A stretch of DNA of 14,112 nucleotides from an uncultured bacterium (GCA_965662235.1 CBFIGY010000048.1:1-14112); one strand, 5' to 3'; shown: positions 1-8,956, counted from the stretch's first letter. Numbers and translations are program-made. The notes: generated by a model not told the origin, from the letters alone.

Positions 1-446
1 CACTGCAGGGTCCGTTCATGCTTAGGAGACCAGTAATCGGTTGTTTTATAAAGAACCTCCGCAGCATTAGACACCACAAGGAAACCATGCGCAAACCCTG
101 GGGGGATCCATAACTGCTGACGGTTGGTTTCAGAAAGAACGTGTCCAGTCCACTTACCAAAGTGCGGGGAGTTACGTCGGATGTCCACGGCAACGTCGAA
201 AATCTCTCCGGAAATCACCCGAATGAGTTTGCCCTGGGGCTGCTGAACCTGAAAGTGCAGCCCTCGGAGGACTCCCTTTTTCGAACGGCTATGGTTGTCT
301 TGGACAAATGTATAGCGGACGCCAAGTGCTTCTTCAAAGTCACGCTGGTTGAAGCTCTCAAAGAAGAAACCTCGCTCATCTTCAAACACTTGGGGCGTCA
401 GGAGCTTCACCTCCGGAAGCTCAGTTGAGGTAACCGTCAGACCCAC
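1..446 (-). CDS. rfbC: dTDP-4-dehydrorhamnose 3,5-epimerase (RmlC/RfbC), 3' end truncated by window edge
   Basis: Not in the ORF track. Manual translation from GTG at 446-444, which overlaps the rfbA TAG (TAGTG): MGLTVTSTELPEVKLLTPQVFEDERGFFFESFNQ...FVQDNHSRSKKGVLRGLHFQ...QGKLIRVISGEIFDVAVDIRRNSPHFGKW...QLWIPPGFAHGF...YKTTDYWSPKHERTLQ. Contains the RmlC motifs DxRGxFxE, QDNxSxS, GVLRGLHFQ and GFAHGF. Confidence 0.96.
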   Translation of the reverse strand, partial: MGLTVTSTELPEVKLLTPQVFEDERGFFFESFNQRDFEEALGVRYTFVQDNHSRSKKGVLRGLHFQVQQPQGKLIRVISGEIFDVAVDIRRNSPHFGKWTGHVLSETNRQQLWIPPGFAHGFLVVSNAAEVLYKTTDYWSPKHERTLQ

Positions 447-1318
447 TACTTCTCAACCAGTTCAAGGAGGTACCGGCCATAAGCCGTTTTAGCGAGCGGT
501 GCTGCAAGGCTCTGAAGTTCTGAAGCATTAACCCAACCATTGCGGTAGGCAATCTCCTCCGGACAAGAAATCATCAGGCCTTGACGTTTCTGTAGAGTCG
601 CAACGTAACTGGAAGCCTCAAGGAGGCTGTCATGCGTTCCGGTGTCCAGCCAGACGTAACCTCGCCCCATTCGCTCCACCTGAAGCTGGTTCTGCGCCAA
701 GTACAACTGATTCAAGTCTGTAATTTCTAACTCACCTCGAGCAGAAGGACGGACCCGCTTGGCCAGTTCACAAACCTGCTCATCATAAAAGTAGAGCCCG
801 GTGACCGCATAAGAGCTTTTCGGGTGAGCCGGTTTTTCTTCCAAACTAATTGCTCGGAAGTTAGCATCAAACTCAACAATTCCGTAGCGCTGAGGATCAT
901 GTACATGATGGGCAAAAACGGTCGCTCCTCGCTCACGTGAAGAGGCTTGCCTCAACAGCTTGATCCAGTCGTGTCCGTAAAAAAGATTATCTCCCAGAAT
1001 CAGGGTGCACGGACTTCCGGCAAGAAAGGCTTCTCCGATCAAAAACGCTTGGGCCAAACCATCAGGTGACGGCTGCACAGCGTAGCTTAGCTGCATGCCC
1101 CACTGGCTTCCGTCTCCCAGTAGCTCAGAAAAGCGAGGCGTGTCCTGCGGCGTACTGATGATCAGCACCTCCCGGATGCCTGCGAGCATCAGAGTCGCCA
1201 ATGGGTAATACACCATCGGCTTATCATAGATCGGAAGCAGCTGCTTGGAAATCGCTTGGGTCGCAGGATAAAGCCGAGTCCCGGATCCCCCTGCGAGAAT
1301 GATTCCCTTACGCGTCAT
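446..1318 (-). CDS. rfbA: glucose-1-phosphate thymidylyltransferase (RmlA/RfbA)
   Basis: 290 aa; [56 protein letters not shown] and WLDTGT motifs; translationally coupled to rfbC. Confidence 0.98.
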   Translation of the reverse strand: MTRKGIILAGGSGTRLYPATQAISKQLLPIYDKPMVYYPLATLMLAGIREVLIISTPQDTPRFSELLGDGSQWGMQLSYAVQPSPDGLAQAFLIGEAFLAGSPCTLILGDNLFYGHDWIKLLRQASSRERGATVFAHHVHDPQRYGIVEFDANFRAISLEEKPAHPKSSYAVTGLYFYDEQVCELAKRVRPSARGELEITDLNQLYLAQNQLQVERMGRGYVWLDTGTHDSLLEASSYVATLQKRQGLMISCPEEIAYRNGWVNASELQSLAAPLAKTAYGRYLLELVEK

Positions 1319-1371
1319 GAGCGTTTTAGAAAAAGGAAAAACGTTTCAGTGAAATGCAGCAGATGTCCTGC

Positions 1372-2865
1372 TTACGGAGCCAGCCAGCCCTTGGAGCGTC
1401 CCACGGCTCGGGACCACTCGTCCAACCGAGTTTGGGCCTGCTCCGGAGGAAGTTCAGGATGGAACCGGCGATCCTCTGCCCACAGGGCCTGAATCTCATC
1501 GGTACTTTGCCAGACACCCACCCCTAGTCCTGCAAGAAACGCCGCTCCCATTGCGGTGGTTTCAATGATTTTGGGACGAGTCACCGCCAAGCCTAGGAGG
1601 TCTGACTGAAATTGGCAAAGGAAGCCGTTGGCGGAAGCGCCTCCGTCAATCCGAAGTTCCTGGAGCGTCAACCCGGTGTCTTCTGCCATCCCCTGCAGGA
1701 TTTCGGCGGACTGAAAGGCAATGGCCTCCAATCCCGCTCGTACCAGGTGGTTTCGGTTAGTGTCTCGGGTGAGTCCAACGATGGTTCCTCGAGCATACGG
1801 GTCCCAGTGAGGCGCTCCCAGCCCGACAAACGCGGGCACGACAAAAACGCCTCCGGAGTCGGCAACGGACAGGGCCATTGCTTCTGTCTCTGCAGCATCG
1901 GCAAACAGTCCCAAACCATCGCGAAGCCACTGCATCAGGGCTCCGGCAATGAACACGGACCCTTCCAACGCGTAGGTCACCTCGTCTCCAATCTGCCACC
2001 CGATGGTGGTCAGGAGCCCTTGCTGGGAAGCCACCGGTTCACTTCCGGTGTTCAGCATCATGAAGCAGCCTGTGCCATAGGTATTCTTGGCCATCCCGGG
2101 AGTGAAACACGCCTGCCCAAACAAAGCGGCCTGCTGGTCTCCGGCAATGCCGGCAATTGGAGCCGAGCTGCCGAACAGGCTGGGGTCGACCTCTGCAAGA
2201 ACGCCACTGGACGGCCGAACCTCCGGGAGCGTTTCCCGGGGAATGCCAAAACGTGCGAGGATTTCATCATCCCAAGCGCACTGGTGGATGTCGTAAACGA
2301 GGGTCCGGGAGGCGTTGGTGATGTCACAGAGGTGCTGCTTTCCGCCGGTAAGCTTCCAGATCAGCCAGGAGTCAATGGTTCCAAAACACAGCTGTCCGGC
2401 CTGAGCACACTCTTGTGCTTCTGGGATGTTCTGGAGGATCCAGCGCATTTTGGTTCCGGAGAAGTAAGCATCCGTGACCAGTCCCGTTTTTTGCCGGAGC
2501 ACCGCGTCAAACCCTTCAGCCTTCAGCTCATCACAGAAGGCAGCGGTGCGTCGGCACTGCCAGTTGATCGCAGGGCCCAGGGCCTGTCCAGTCTCCCGGT
2601 TCCAGGCGATGGTGCTTTCACGCTGGTTGGTGATGCCGATGGCGGCAACGTCTGCGAGCGTCACTCCGGCTTGCTCCAGTGCCGACTGCATCGTTTGGCG
2701 CTGGCTCTCCCAAATCGCTTCCGGATCCTGCTCCACCCATCCGGACTGGGGGTAATGACACGCGACTGGCATGCCTGCCATGGCCGCAATGCTTCCGTCT
2801 TCCCGAAAAAGGATGGTCCGGGAGCTTGTGGTCCCTTGGTCCAAGGCCATTACCAATTTCGACAT
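1372..2865 (-). CDS. glpK: glycerol kinase
   Basis: ALDQGTTSSR, GWVEQDP, GITNQRES, WQCRRT, YFSGTK, GDQQAALFGQ, KNTYGTGCF, ALEGSVF and DGGA motifs. Start reassigned to the ATG at 2865 (or 2868) just downstream of GGAGG; the track's 2937 start overlaps kdsD. Confidence 0.96.
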   Translation of the reverse strand: MSKLVMALDQGTTSSRTILFREDGSIAAMAGMPVACHYPQSGWVEQDPEAIWESQRQTMQSALEQAGVTLADVAAIGITNQRESTIAWNRETGQALGPAINWQCRRTAAFCDELKAEGFDAVLRQKTGLVTDAYFSGTKMRWILQNIPEAQECAQAGQLCFGTIDSWLIWKLTGGKQHLCDITNASRTLVYDIHQCAWDDEILARFGIPRETLPEVRPSSGVLAEVDPSLFGSSAPIAGIAGDQQAALFGQACFTPGMAKNTYGTGCFMMLNTGSEPVASQQGLLTTIGWQIGDEVTYALEGSVFIAGALMQWLRDGLGLFADAAETEAMALSVADSGGVFVVPAFVGLGAPHWDPYARGTIVGLTRDTNRNHLVRAGLEAIAFQSAEILQGMAEDTGLTLQELRIDGGASANGFLCQFQSDLLGLAVTRPKIIETTAMGAAFLAGLGVGVWQSTDEIQALWAEDRRFHPELPPEQAQTRLDEWSRAVGRSKGWLAP

Positions 2866-2896
2866 CATTCCTCCGGTCAACTTTGGGGAGCAGGGC

Positions 2897-3862
2897 TCAG
2901 TAAACCCCGGCCCGTAGAATGGGATAAATCTGCACAATGCCTAACGGGCAGCGTTGCTCGTTGGCGACCACCAGACAGGTGATGGAGTGGGTCTCCATCA
3001 GGTGCAACGCCTTCGCCGCCAATTCGTCTGGCGCAATCAGCTTGGGATTGTGCGACATAAACTGGGCAAGCGGCAAGTCGAGAAAATCTTTTTGGGTCTC
3101 AACCAAGCGCATCAGGTCTCCGGTGGTAAAAACACCGGTTGCCTGTCCCTCGGCATTTAAAGCAACGACAATGCCCAAATTCTTCTCAGAAAGCACCCTC
3201 ATTGCTTCTCGCATGGAGTGCGATTCCAGGACTGTGGGAAGGTGTTCGCCTTGGGTCATGACGTCCTGAACCCGGATGGTCAGCTTCCGGCCCAGGCTGC
3301 CTCCAGGGTGAAAGAGAGCAAAGTCTTCTGCCCGGAAACGTCGTTTCTCGAGCAGGCACATGGCCAAGGCGTCTCCGAGTGCCAAGGTCGTGGTGCTGCT
3401 GGCCGTCGGAGCGAGGTTGAGGGGGCAGGCTTCTCGACTGACAGCGACGTTCAGGTGAACGGTGGCTCCTCGGGCTAGGGTCGATTCCGGATTGCCGGTG
3501 ATGGCAATCAAGGGAACTCCGTAGGCCTGAATGTGTCCCACCATCTGCACCACCTCTGCGGTTTCTCCGCTGTAGGAGAACGCGAGGACGACGTCATGGC
3601 GCCGGATGATGCCGAGGTCTCCGTGCGCGCTGTCGGCAGCATGGAGGAACAGCGCCGGCGTTCCGGTGCTGCTCAGCGTTGCGGCAATCTTTTGAGCAAC
3701 AAGGCCACTCTTCCCCAGTCCGGTCAAAATGACCTTCCCTGAGCACTGAAACAGAATGTCGATGGCCTGCTCCAGCTCCTCTCCAAGCCGGTTCGATAGC
3801 TCCTGCAGGCCTTCCATTTCAATACGGAGGGTCTCCCGTGCGCGCTCCAGCAACGCTGTCAT
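2897..3862 (-). CDS. kdsD: KpsF/GutQ-family arabinose-5-phosphate isomerase (SIS + 2 CBS domains)
   Basis: 321 aa; GLGKSG, ATLSSTGTPA, HGDLG, EACPLNLAPTASST and FHPGGSLG motifs, followed by two CBS repeats; AAGGAGAG RBS upstream. Confidence 0.92.
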   Translation of the reverse strand: MTALLERARETLRIEMEGLQELSNRLGEELEQAIDILFQCSGKVILTGLGKSGLVAQKIAATLSSTGTPALFLHAADSAHGDLGIIRRHDVVLAFSYSGETAEVVQMVGHIQAYGVPLIAITGNPESTLARGATVHLNVAVSREACPLNLAPTASSTTTLALGDALAMCLLEKRRFRAEDFALFHPGGSLGRKLTIRVQDVMTQGEHLPTVLESHSMREAMRVLSEKNLGIVVALNAEGQATGVFTTGDLMRLVETQKDFLDLPLAQFMSHNPKLIAPDELAAKALHLMETHSITCLVVANEQRCPLGIVQIYPILRAGVY

Positions 3863-3907
3863 GCCTCTCCTTGTGTCCGGATCACGTGCTTCACTGAACC
3901 CGTCTCC

Positions 3908-5035
3908 TCAACCGTATAGAATGCCCTGCTTCTTGAAGTGCCGCAGGGTCGCGGAGTCACGGAGGTCTCCGGATTTGAGGATGATGGCATCCGTGTGGTG
4001 CGATCCCGTTTTGCTGGGCAGGGTTCCCCCAACAGCCAGACGGTAGGGCGGAATGACCGGAATGAGGAAGGTTTCGTCACCAACCACACACTCCAGTGGC
4101 GTCACCAGCTCGCCGGTGTCCTCGTCAAAGATCCGCTTTCCTGAAGCCATGACCACGCCACTGGCAACAATGGAGCCCTCTCCGATGATGCCGCAGACCT
4201 CGCACATGGCGCCGATCTTTGCGTGATCTTCCACAATTGACGCCAAGCGTCCGGCAGGCTCCAGGATGCCTTCGATGCCGGAACCGGCTCCGAACTTGAC
4301 CCCTTTGCCAATCTGCGCACAGGACGCGACACGGGTGCCACCGTCGATCATGCAGCCGCCACCGGCAATGTAGGCGCCGATGTTGACAAAGGCCTGGTTC
4401 ATCACCACCGTCTGCGGACCAATGTAGGCTCCGGTCCGGACCACAGCGCCGGGTGCGTAGCGGACCCCGCCTTGTTCAAACATCTCTGCGGTGTAGTTGG
4501 CGGTCTTCAGCGGAATCTTGTCGTAGTACCCGCCTTCCAGAACCTCATTGGGGTGAGTGCCAAAGTAGTTGAGGACGCCGTCAATGGTGTAAGTCTGCGG
4601 CTCCCAAACCCCCTTCACCTTCTCTGCGGCACGGACCTTTCCTTCATTGAGGAACTCGATGAACGCGTCACACTCCTCCCGGGACGCCTTCCGCTGAGAA
4701 ATGACCTCGAGCAGGTTGGGAAAGGAGCTCTCCACCCGCTCCACCCGGAGGGCTTCGGTGTTGCGGAGCCCCAGCAGCATCTCAATCTTTTGGTGCCGTC
4801 CCGGGTGCTGACGAGCGCTCTCAACGTACTCGCCAAAGATCCGGAGTGCCTCTTGGGCGGCCGTGAAGTCAAAACGTCCCTGAGCATCTGCCAGGTGGTG
4901 AAAGACCCGCAGGGGGCCGCACCGCCCCGGAAGGTTAGGCAACAGGGCAACCAGCTCGTCCTTGTCATAAACGCGCAGCAGGACGACGTTGGAGGCTTCC
5001 GGGATCGTTTTGAGGTTCTCTTCGAACGTGCTCAT
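3908..5035 (-). CDS. dapD: DapD-like tetrahydrodipicolinate N-acyltransferase (left-handed beta-helix) with N-terminal DUF2322-like domain
   Basis: C-terminal ~270 aa align by eye to E. coli-type DapD: LNEGKVRAAEK, YYDKIPLK, VRYAPGAVVRTGAYI, FVNIGAY, SCAQIGK, GILEP, LPSK. The N-terminal ~103 aa (STFEENLKTIP...NLPGRCGPLRVFHHL...EALRIFGEYVESARQHPGRHQKIEML) resemble the DUF2322 family from memory. Confidence 0.85.
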   Translation of the reverse strand: MSTFEENLKTIPEASNVVLLRVYDKDELVALLPNLPGRCGPLRVFHHLADAQGRFDFTAAQEALRIFGEYVESARQHPGRHQKIEMLLGLRNTEALRVERVESSFPNLLEVISQRKASREECDAFIEFLNEGKVRAAEKVKGVWEPQTYTIDGVLNYFGTHPNEVLEGGYYDKIPLKTANYTAEMFEQGGVRYAPGAVVRTGAYIGPQTVVMNQAFVNIGAYIAGGGCMIDGGTRVASCAQIGKGVKFGAGSGIEGILEPAGRLASIVEDHAKIGAMCEVCGIIGEGSIVASGVVMASGKRIFDEDTGELVTPLECVVGDETFLIPVIPPYRLAVGGTLPSKTGSHHTDAIILKSGDLRDSATLRHFKKQGILYG

Positions 5036-5080
5036 GGATTCAAGAGGAGGAGTGTTGCAAGCGGGCAGAGCCCGCTCAGG

Positions 5081-6451
5081 TTAAAAATGCTTCAGCGGTG
5101 ACTTTCCCAAAGGGAACACGTTGAAGCCCATCTCAAACAGGGCTTGATGGTCCAAGTGGTTTCGTCCATCAAACACAAACGCCGGATGCGTCATCTTTTC
5201 CAGAATGCGCGCAAAGTCCAGGTTCCGGTACTCCTGCCACTGGGTCACCAGGGCAAGGGCGGCGGCTCCTTCGCAGGCGTCATAGACGTCGTCGCAAAAA
5301 GCAATGTCGCCGTGCATGGTGGCAAGGTCTTCCTGAGCATGCTCCTGCGCCTTCGGGTCGTGAATCCGGACCACTGCGTGCTCACCGAGCAGCTTGTGAC
5401 AGAGCGGGATGGCCGGTGAGTCACGGGTGTCTCCCGTGTCGGGCTTAAAGGCGAACCCCAGCACCGCGACCTTCTTGCCGGCGAGGGTGTTGAACTGCTC
5501 ATGGAGGATTTTCTGGAAGAACCGGTCGGTCTGCCACTCGTTGATCCGAACCACGCTGGCCCAGTAGTCTGCGACCTCGGGGAGTCCGTAAAACTCACAG
5601 AGGTAGGAAAGGTGAAGGATGTCCTTCCGGAAGCAGGAACCGCCAAATCCCACGCTGGCCTCAAGGAACTTCGCACCGATCCGCGAGTCGGCTCCGATGG
5701 CCCGGGAGATCTCAGAGACGTTTGCTTCGGTCCGCTCACAGAGGGCGGAAATGGAATTGATGGAAGAAATCCGCTGCGCGAGCATGGCGTTTGCCACTAG
5801 CTTGGAGAGCTCGCTGCTCCAGACGTTGGTCAGGAGGATGCGCTCACGTGGCACCCAGTGGGCATAAAGGTCCGCGATCGTCTCTGCCGCCTGGCGTCCG
5901 GAGTCGGTTTCGGTGCCTCCGATGAGCACGCGGTCCGGATTCGCAAGGTCTGCCATCGCGGTGCCTTCTGCGAGGAATTCGGGGTTGGAGACGACGTCAA
6001 AGCGTGTGGTGCTGCTTCCGGATTTCAGGATCTGCGCCATTGCTTCAGCGGTCCGGACAGGGAGGGTGCTCTTTTCCACCACCACCACCTCAGGTCGGCG
6101 AGCATGCTGGAGGATGTCCCGAGCAGTTTTTTCCCAATACTGTAAATCGGCGGCCTTTCCAGCGCCTTCGCCAAACTCCTTGGTCGGGGTGTTGACGGAG
6201 ACAAACAGGATGTCTGCCTCTGCAATGGCTTGAGGAATGTCGGTGCTGAAGAAGAGGTTCCGGCCTCGGGCTTCCTGAACCACTTCCAGCAGTCCGGGCT
6301 CATAGATGGGGAGGTCGTCGGTGTTCCAGCGGTCGATGCGGGCCTGGTTCAGGTCGACCACCGTGATGGTGTGTTCGGGACAGTGCTTCGCAATGGCGGC
6401 CATGGTGGGGCCACCAACGTATCCAGCACCGATGCAGGTGATGTTGGCCAT
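5081..6451 (-). CDS. ugd: UDP-glucose 6-dehydrogenase
   Basis: 456 aa; CIGAGYVGGPT, SVNTPTK, EKSTLPV, SNPEFLAEGTA, SELSKL, GFGGSCF (catalytic Cys), GFAFKPDTGDTR and FDGRN motifs. Confidence 0.96.
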   Translation of the reverse strand: MANITCIGAGYVGGPTMAAIAKHCPEHTITVVDLNQARIDRWNTDDLPIYEPGLLEVVQEARGRNLFFSTDIPQAIAEADILFVSVNTPTKEFGEGAGKAADLQYWEKTARDILQHARRPEVVVVEKSTLPVRTAEAMAQILKSGSSTTRFDVVSNPEFLAEGTAMADLANPDRVLIGGTETDSGRQAAETIADLYAHWVPRERILLTNVWSSELSKLVANAMLAQRISSINSISALCERTEANVSEISRAIGADSRIGAKFLEASVGFGGSCFRKDILHLSYLCEFYGLPEVADYWASVVRINEWQTDRFFQKILHEQFNTLAGKKVAVLGFAFKPDTGDTRDSPAIPLCHKLLGEHAVVRIHDPKAQEHAQEDLATMHGDIAFCDDVYDACEGAAALALVTQWQEYRNLDFARILEKMTHPAFVFDGRNHLDHQALFEMGFNVFPLGKSPLKHF

Positions 6452-6486
6452 GAGAAGTAGAAGAGGTAATGGGTCAGTCAGGGTTT

Positions 6487-6531
6487 GACCTGCAAGGCAG
6501 GTCCCACAGGCTTCCTCCCCAGGAGCCTGTG
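6487..6531. other. two abutting inverted repeats (hairpins) between gpmI and ugd
   Basis: GACCTGC-aag-GCAGGTC (6487-6503) and CACAGGC(T)TCCT-cccc-AGGAGCCTGTG (6505-6531). No U-tract, so more likely an mRNA stability/processing element than an intrinsic terminator. Confidence 0.55.
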
Positions 6532-6559
6532 CGAAGGATGCCAGCCTGGGGCTGACGAG

Positions 6560-8194
6560 TCAGTCCGCAAACAGCGGCGGTGCAACGTCGTCCGGGATGG
6601 CCTGTCCGAGCAAGACAAACTCGGTGGCCACCACGTGACTCAGGTTGTTGTTGTGCTCTGGACCATAGGGCTTGAGCTTCCACGATCCGTCATACTGCGG
6701 ATCAAAGATCACCAGAGGCACCGGATTCAGAGAGTGCTTGGTGCTCGGCTCCCAGGCGCCTTTCTTGTTCTTGACCTTCATCTCATCCGCGTTGCCATGG
6801 TCCGCGGTCACCAGCATCAGACCGTTCAGGTCCCGGACGGTCTCCATGAGTTTGCCAAGGCACTCGTCCACCACTTCAACAGCGGTTGTGGCCGCATCAA
6901 GGTCTCCGGAATGCCCAACCATGTCCGGGTTGGCAAAGTTGATGAGCCCAAATGGATACTCCTTGGAGTTCAGCAACGCGATGCCCTTTTCTGTGATCTC
7001 CCGGGCTTTCATGGCCGGCTTCTCAGAAAAGGAACGGACGCGGTCGGACTCAATGAGGTGATACTCCTCCAGGGCCGGATCCAGCGGTTCCCGGCGTCCG
7101 CCGTTGTAGAAAAAGGTCACGTGCGCAAACTTCTGCGTCTCGGTCAGGCGGAACTGCTTGAGCCCCCGTTCTAGGATGCGGCGACCGAAGGGATTCTCCA
7201 CAGAGGCTGTACCAACGAGGTAGTCCTTGGGAAAAGCGTTGTCCTGGTCGTACTGGGACATGCCTGCAAACAGGACATCTGGGCGGGTGCGTTCGAAGCC
7301 GGTAAAGTCGTCCTTCAGCAGCGCCTCTGCAAACTCAATGGCCCGGTCGGCCCGGAAGTTGGTAAAGATGACGGAGTGCCCAGACTCAATGGGCCCGACG
7401 GGGCGTCCCTCTCGGGTGATCACAAACTCCGGAAGGTCCTGATCCACCAGGTCCGGTTGCTGCTCCCGGAAGAAGGCAATGGCGTCTCCAATGCTCGGAA
7501 ACTGGTTTTCGGACTCACCAAGCACGTGGACCTTCCAGCCGGCCTCAACCTTGGCCCAGTTCTGATCCCGGTCCATGGTAATGACCTCGCGTCCTCCGCC
7601 ACTGGCAAAGGCGTAGTCGAGCTCCGGACGTTGCTCCTTGAGCTGGTGGAAGACCTGCTCCAGCCGCTCCGTGTAATCGGTGGCGGACTGAACGGGAACG
7701 TCTCGTCCATCAAGGAGGGCGTGGACGTAGCAGCGTCGGATTCCTGCCCGGAAGGCGTGCTCAATCAGCGCAATGGTGTGATCGATGTGACTGTGAATGT
7801 TGCCGTCAGACAGGAGGCCAATCAGGTGCAGCGGAACGTCGTTCTCAACACAGTTCCGGGTCAGCTGAACCAGGACTTCGTTTTCGAAGAACTCCCCGGA
7901 ACGGATGAGCTTCTGAATCAGCGTCGGCCCTTGCTCCTTGACCTCACCGGCACCCATGGTCATGTGCCCCACTTCAGAGCCACCCAGGTCCTTCTCTCCG
8001 GGAAGGCCAACGTAAGGACCATGAGTCCAGAGCTGCGTGTAGGGAAAGTTGTGGGCCAGTTGGGTCCAGTGGGGAAGGTTGGCGCGGTGGATGGCGTTGA
8101 AGCCGTCCTCGCGTCCCACGCCCCATCCGTCGAGAACAACGTGCAGGAGGGGGCCGCGTCCGCGAAACTGCTCAGCGAGTGCGTTTAGGTTCAT
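6560..8194 (-). CDS. gpmI: 2,3-bisphosphoglycerate-independent phosphoglycerate mutase
   Basis: 544 aa; VLDGWG, GGSEVGH (phosphoserine), LLSDGNIHSH, LDGRD, NFRADR, ETQKFAHVT, NPDMVGHSG, TADHGNAD and HSLNPVP motifs. Confidence 0.96.
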   Translation of the reverse strand: MNLNALAEQFRGRGPLLHVVLDGWGVGREDGFNAIHRANLPHWTQLAHNFPYTQLWTHGPYVGLPGEKDLGGSEVGHMTMGAGEVKEQGPTLIQKLIRSGEFFENEVLVQLTRNCVENDVPLHLIGLLSDGNIHSHIDHTIALIEHAFRAGIRRCYVHALLDGRDVPVQSATDYTERLEQVFHQLKEQRPELDYAFASGGGREVITMDRDQNWAKVEAGWKVHVLGESENQFPSIGDAIAFFREQQPDLVDQDLPEFVITREGRPVGPIESGHSVIFTNFRADRAIEFAEALLKDDFTGFERTRPDVLFAGMSQYDQDNAFPKDYLVGTASVENPFGRRILERGLKQFRLTETQKFAHVTFFYNGGRREPLDPALEEYHLIESDRVRSFSEKPAMKAREITEKGIALLNSKEYPFGLINFANPDMVGHSGDLDAATTAVEVVDECLGKLMETVRDLNGLMLVTADHGNADEMKVKNKKGAWEPSTKHSLNPVPLVIFDPQYDGSWKLKPYGPEHNNNLSHVVATEFVLLGQAIPDDVAPPLFAD

Positions 8195-8200
8195 GATGGT

Positions 8201-8938
8201 CTACGATTCCACCCGCAACAGGCAGCCGGAGGGAAGCTGTTCCGTGAGTCGGGTGGTGGCTTCTTCCAGTTCGTCCAAACTGCGGGATTCCAGGGTCAGT
8301 TTAAGGGAGTACTCTTTATTCCAAAGGGCCGGGTAGGAGCCCAGCATCAGGCTGGGGTAGGCGGCAACCAAGGCGTCTAGGGTGTCGGCAACGCGGCCTT
8401 CCTCCACATTCAGGAAGAGCTGCTTGAGGTGAATGGGGTCGGTCCGGAAGCGTTCCTTGAGGACAGAAAAGCGTTGCTTGAGCAACTCCGGAACCCCCGG
8501 GAAGACAAAGATGTTGTGGAACAGGAGCTGCGGGGAGCGCATTGAGGGCAACTCCAGCAGTTCGGCTCCTTCCGGAATGCGGGCCATCCGCAGGTGGGCG
8601 GCGTTGGTCTGGTCTCCGTAGTAGCTGCGGATCAGGCTTTCCATCTGCGCAGACACCACCGTCTGGGCGCCATGAGCGGCTGCAACGCCTTCGATGGTCA
8701 CGTCGTCGTGGGTCGGTCCGATGCCCCCGCTGGTGAAGACCCAGTCGCAGTGATCGGAAAGAGCACGGGTGTGCTCGGCAATCACCTCCACCTCGTCTGG
8801 AACCGTCACAATGCGCCGGACCTCCACACCGAGGAACCGCAGCTCCTTGCAGAGGTAGGGCGAGTTGCAGTCCTCCACCTTTCCGGAGAGGACCTCGTTG
8901 CCGATGATGAGGATGCCAGCCGTGACTGGAGTGTCCAT
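8201..8938 (-). CDS. standalone CinA N-terminal/COG1058 molybdopterin-binding-fold protein (putative ADP-ribose/FAD pyrophosphatase)
   Basis: 245 aa; IIGNEVLSG, VPDE, TSGGIGPTHDDVT and FPGVP motifs; no C-terminal PncC (NMN deamidase) domain. Confidence 0.88.
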   Translation of the reverse strand: MDTPVTAGILIIGNEVLSGKVEDCNSPYLCKELRFLGVEVRRIVTVPDEVEVIAEHTRALSDHCDWVFTSGGIGPTHDDVTIEGVAAAHGAQTVVSAQMESLIRSYYGDQTNAAHLRMARIPEGAELLELPSMRSPQLLFHNIFVFPGVPELLKQRFSVLKERFRTDPIHLKQLFLNVEEGRVADTLDALVAAYPSLMLGSYPALWNKEYSLKLTLESRSLDELEEATTRLTEQLPSGCLLRVES

Positions 8939-8956
8939 GACGTTGCCGACCAGAGG

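Noticed and set aside
141..428. 95-aa plus-strand ORF
   Set aside because: Antisense to rfbC, the real gene at this position.
2866..2937. N-terminal extension of glpK in the ORF track (similarly 10307-10393 for the PPIase and 12991-13140 for the LytR_C gene)
   Set aside because: Homology, RBS or signal-peptide position point to the downstream starts, and the extensions look non-protein-like.
1612..2982. 456-aa plus-strand ORF
   Set aside because: Antisense shadow of glpK; no recognisable motifs; expected in GC-rich coding DNA.
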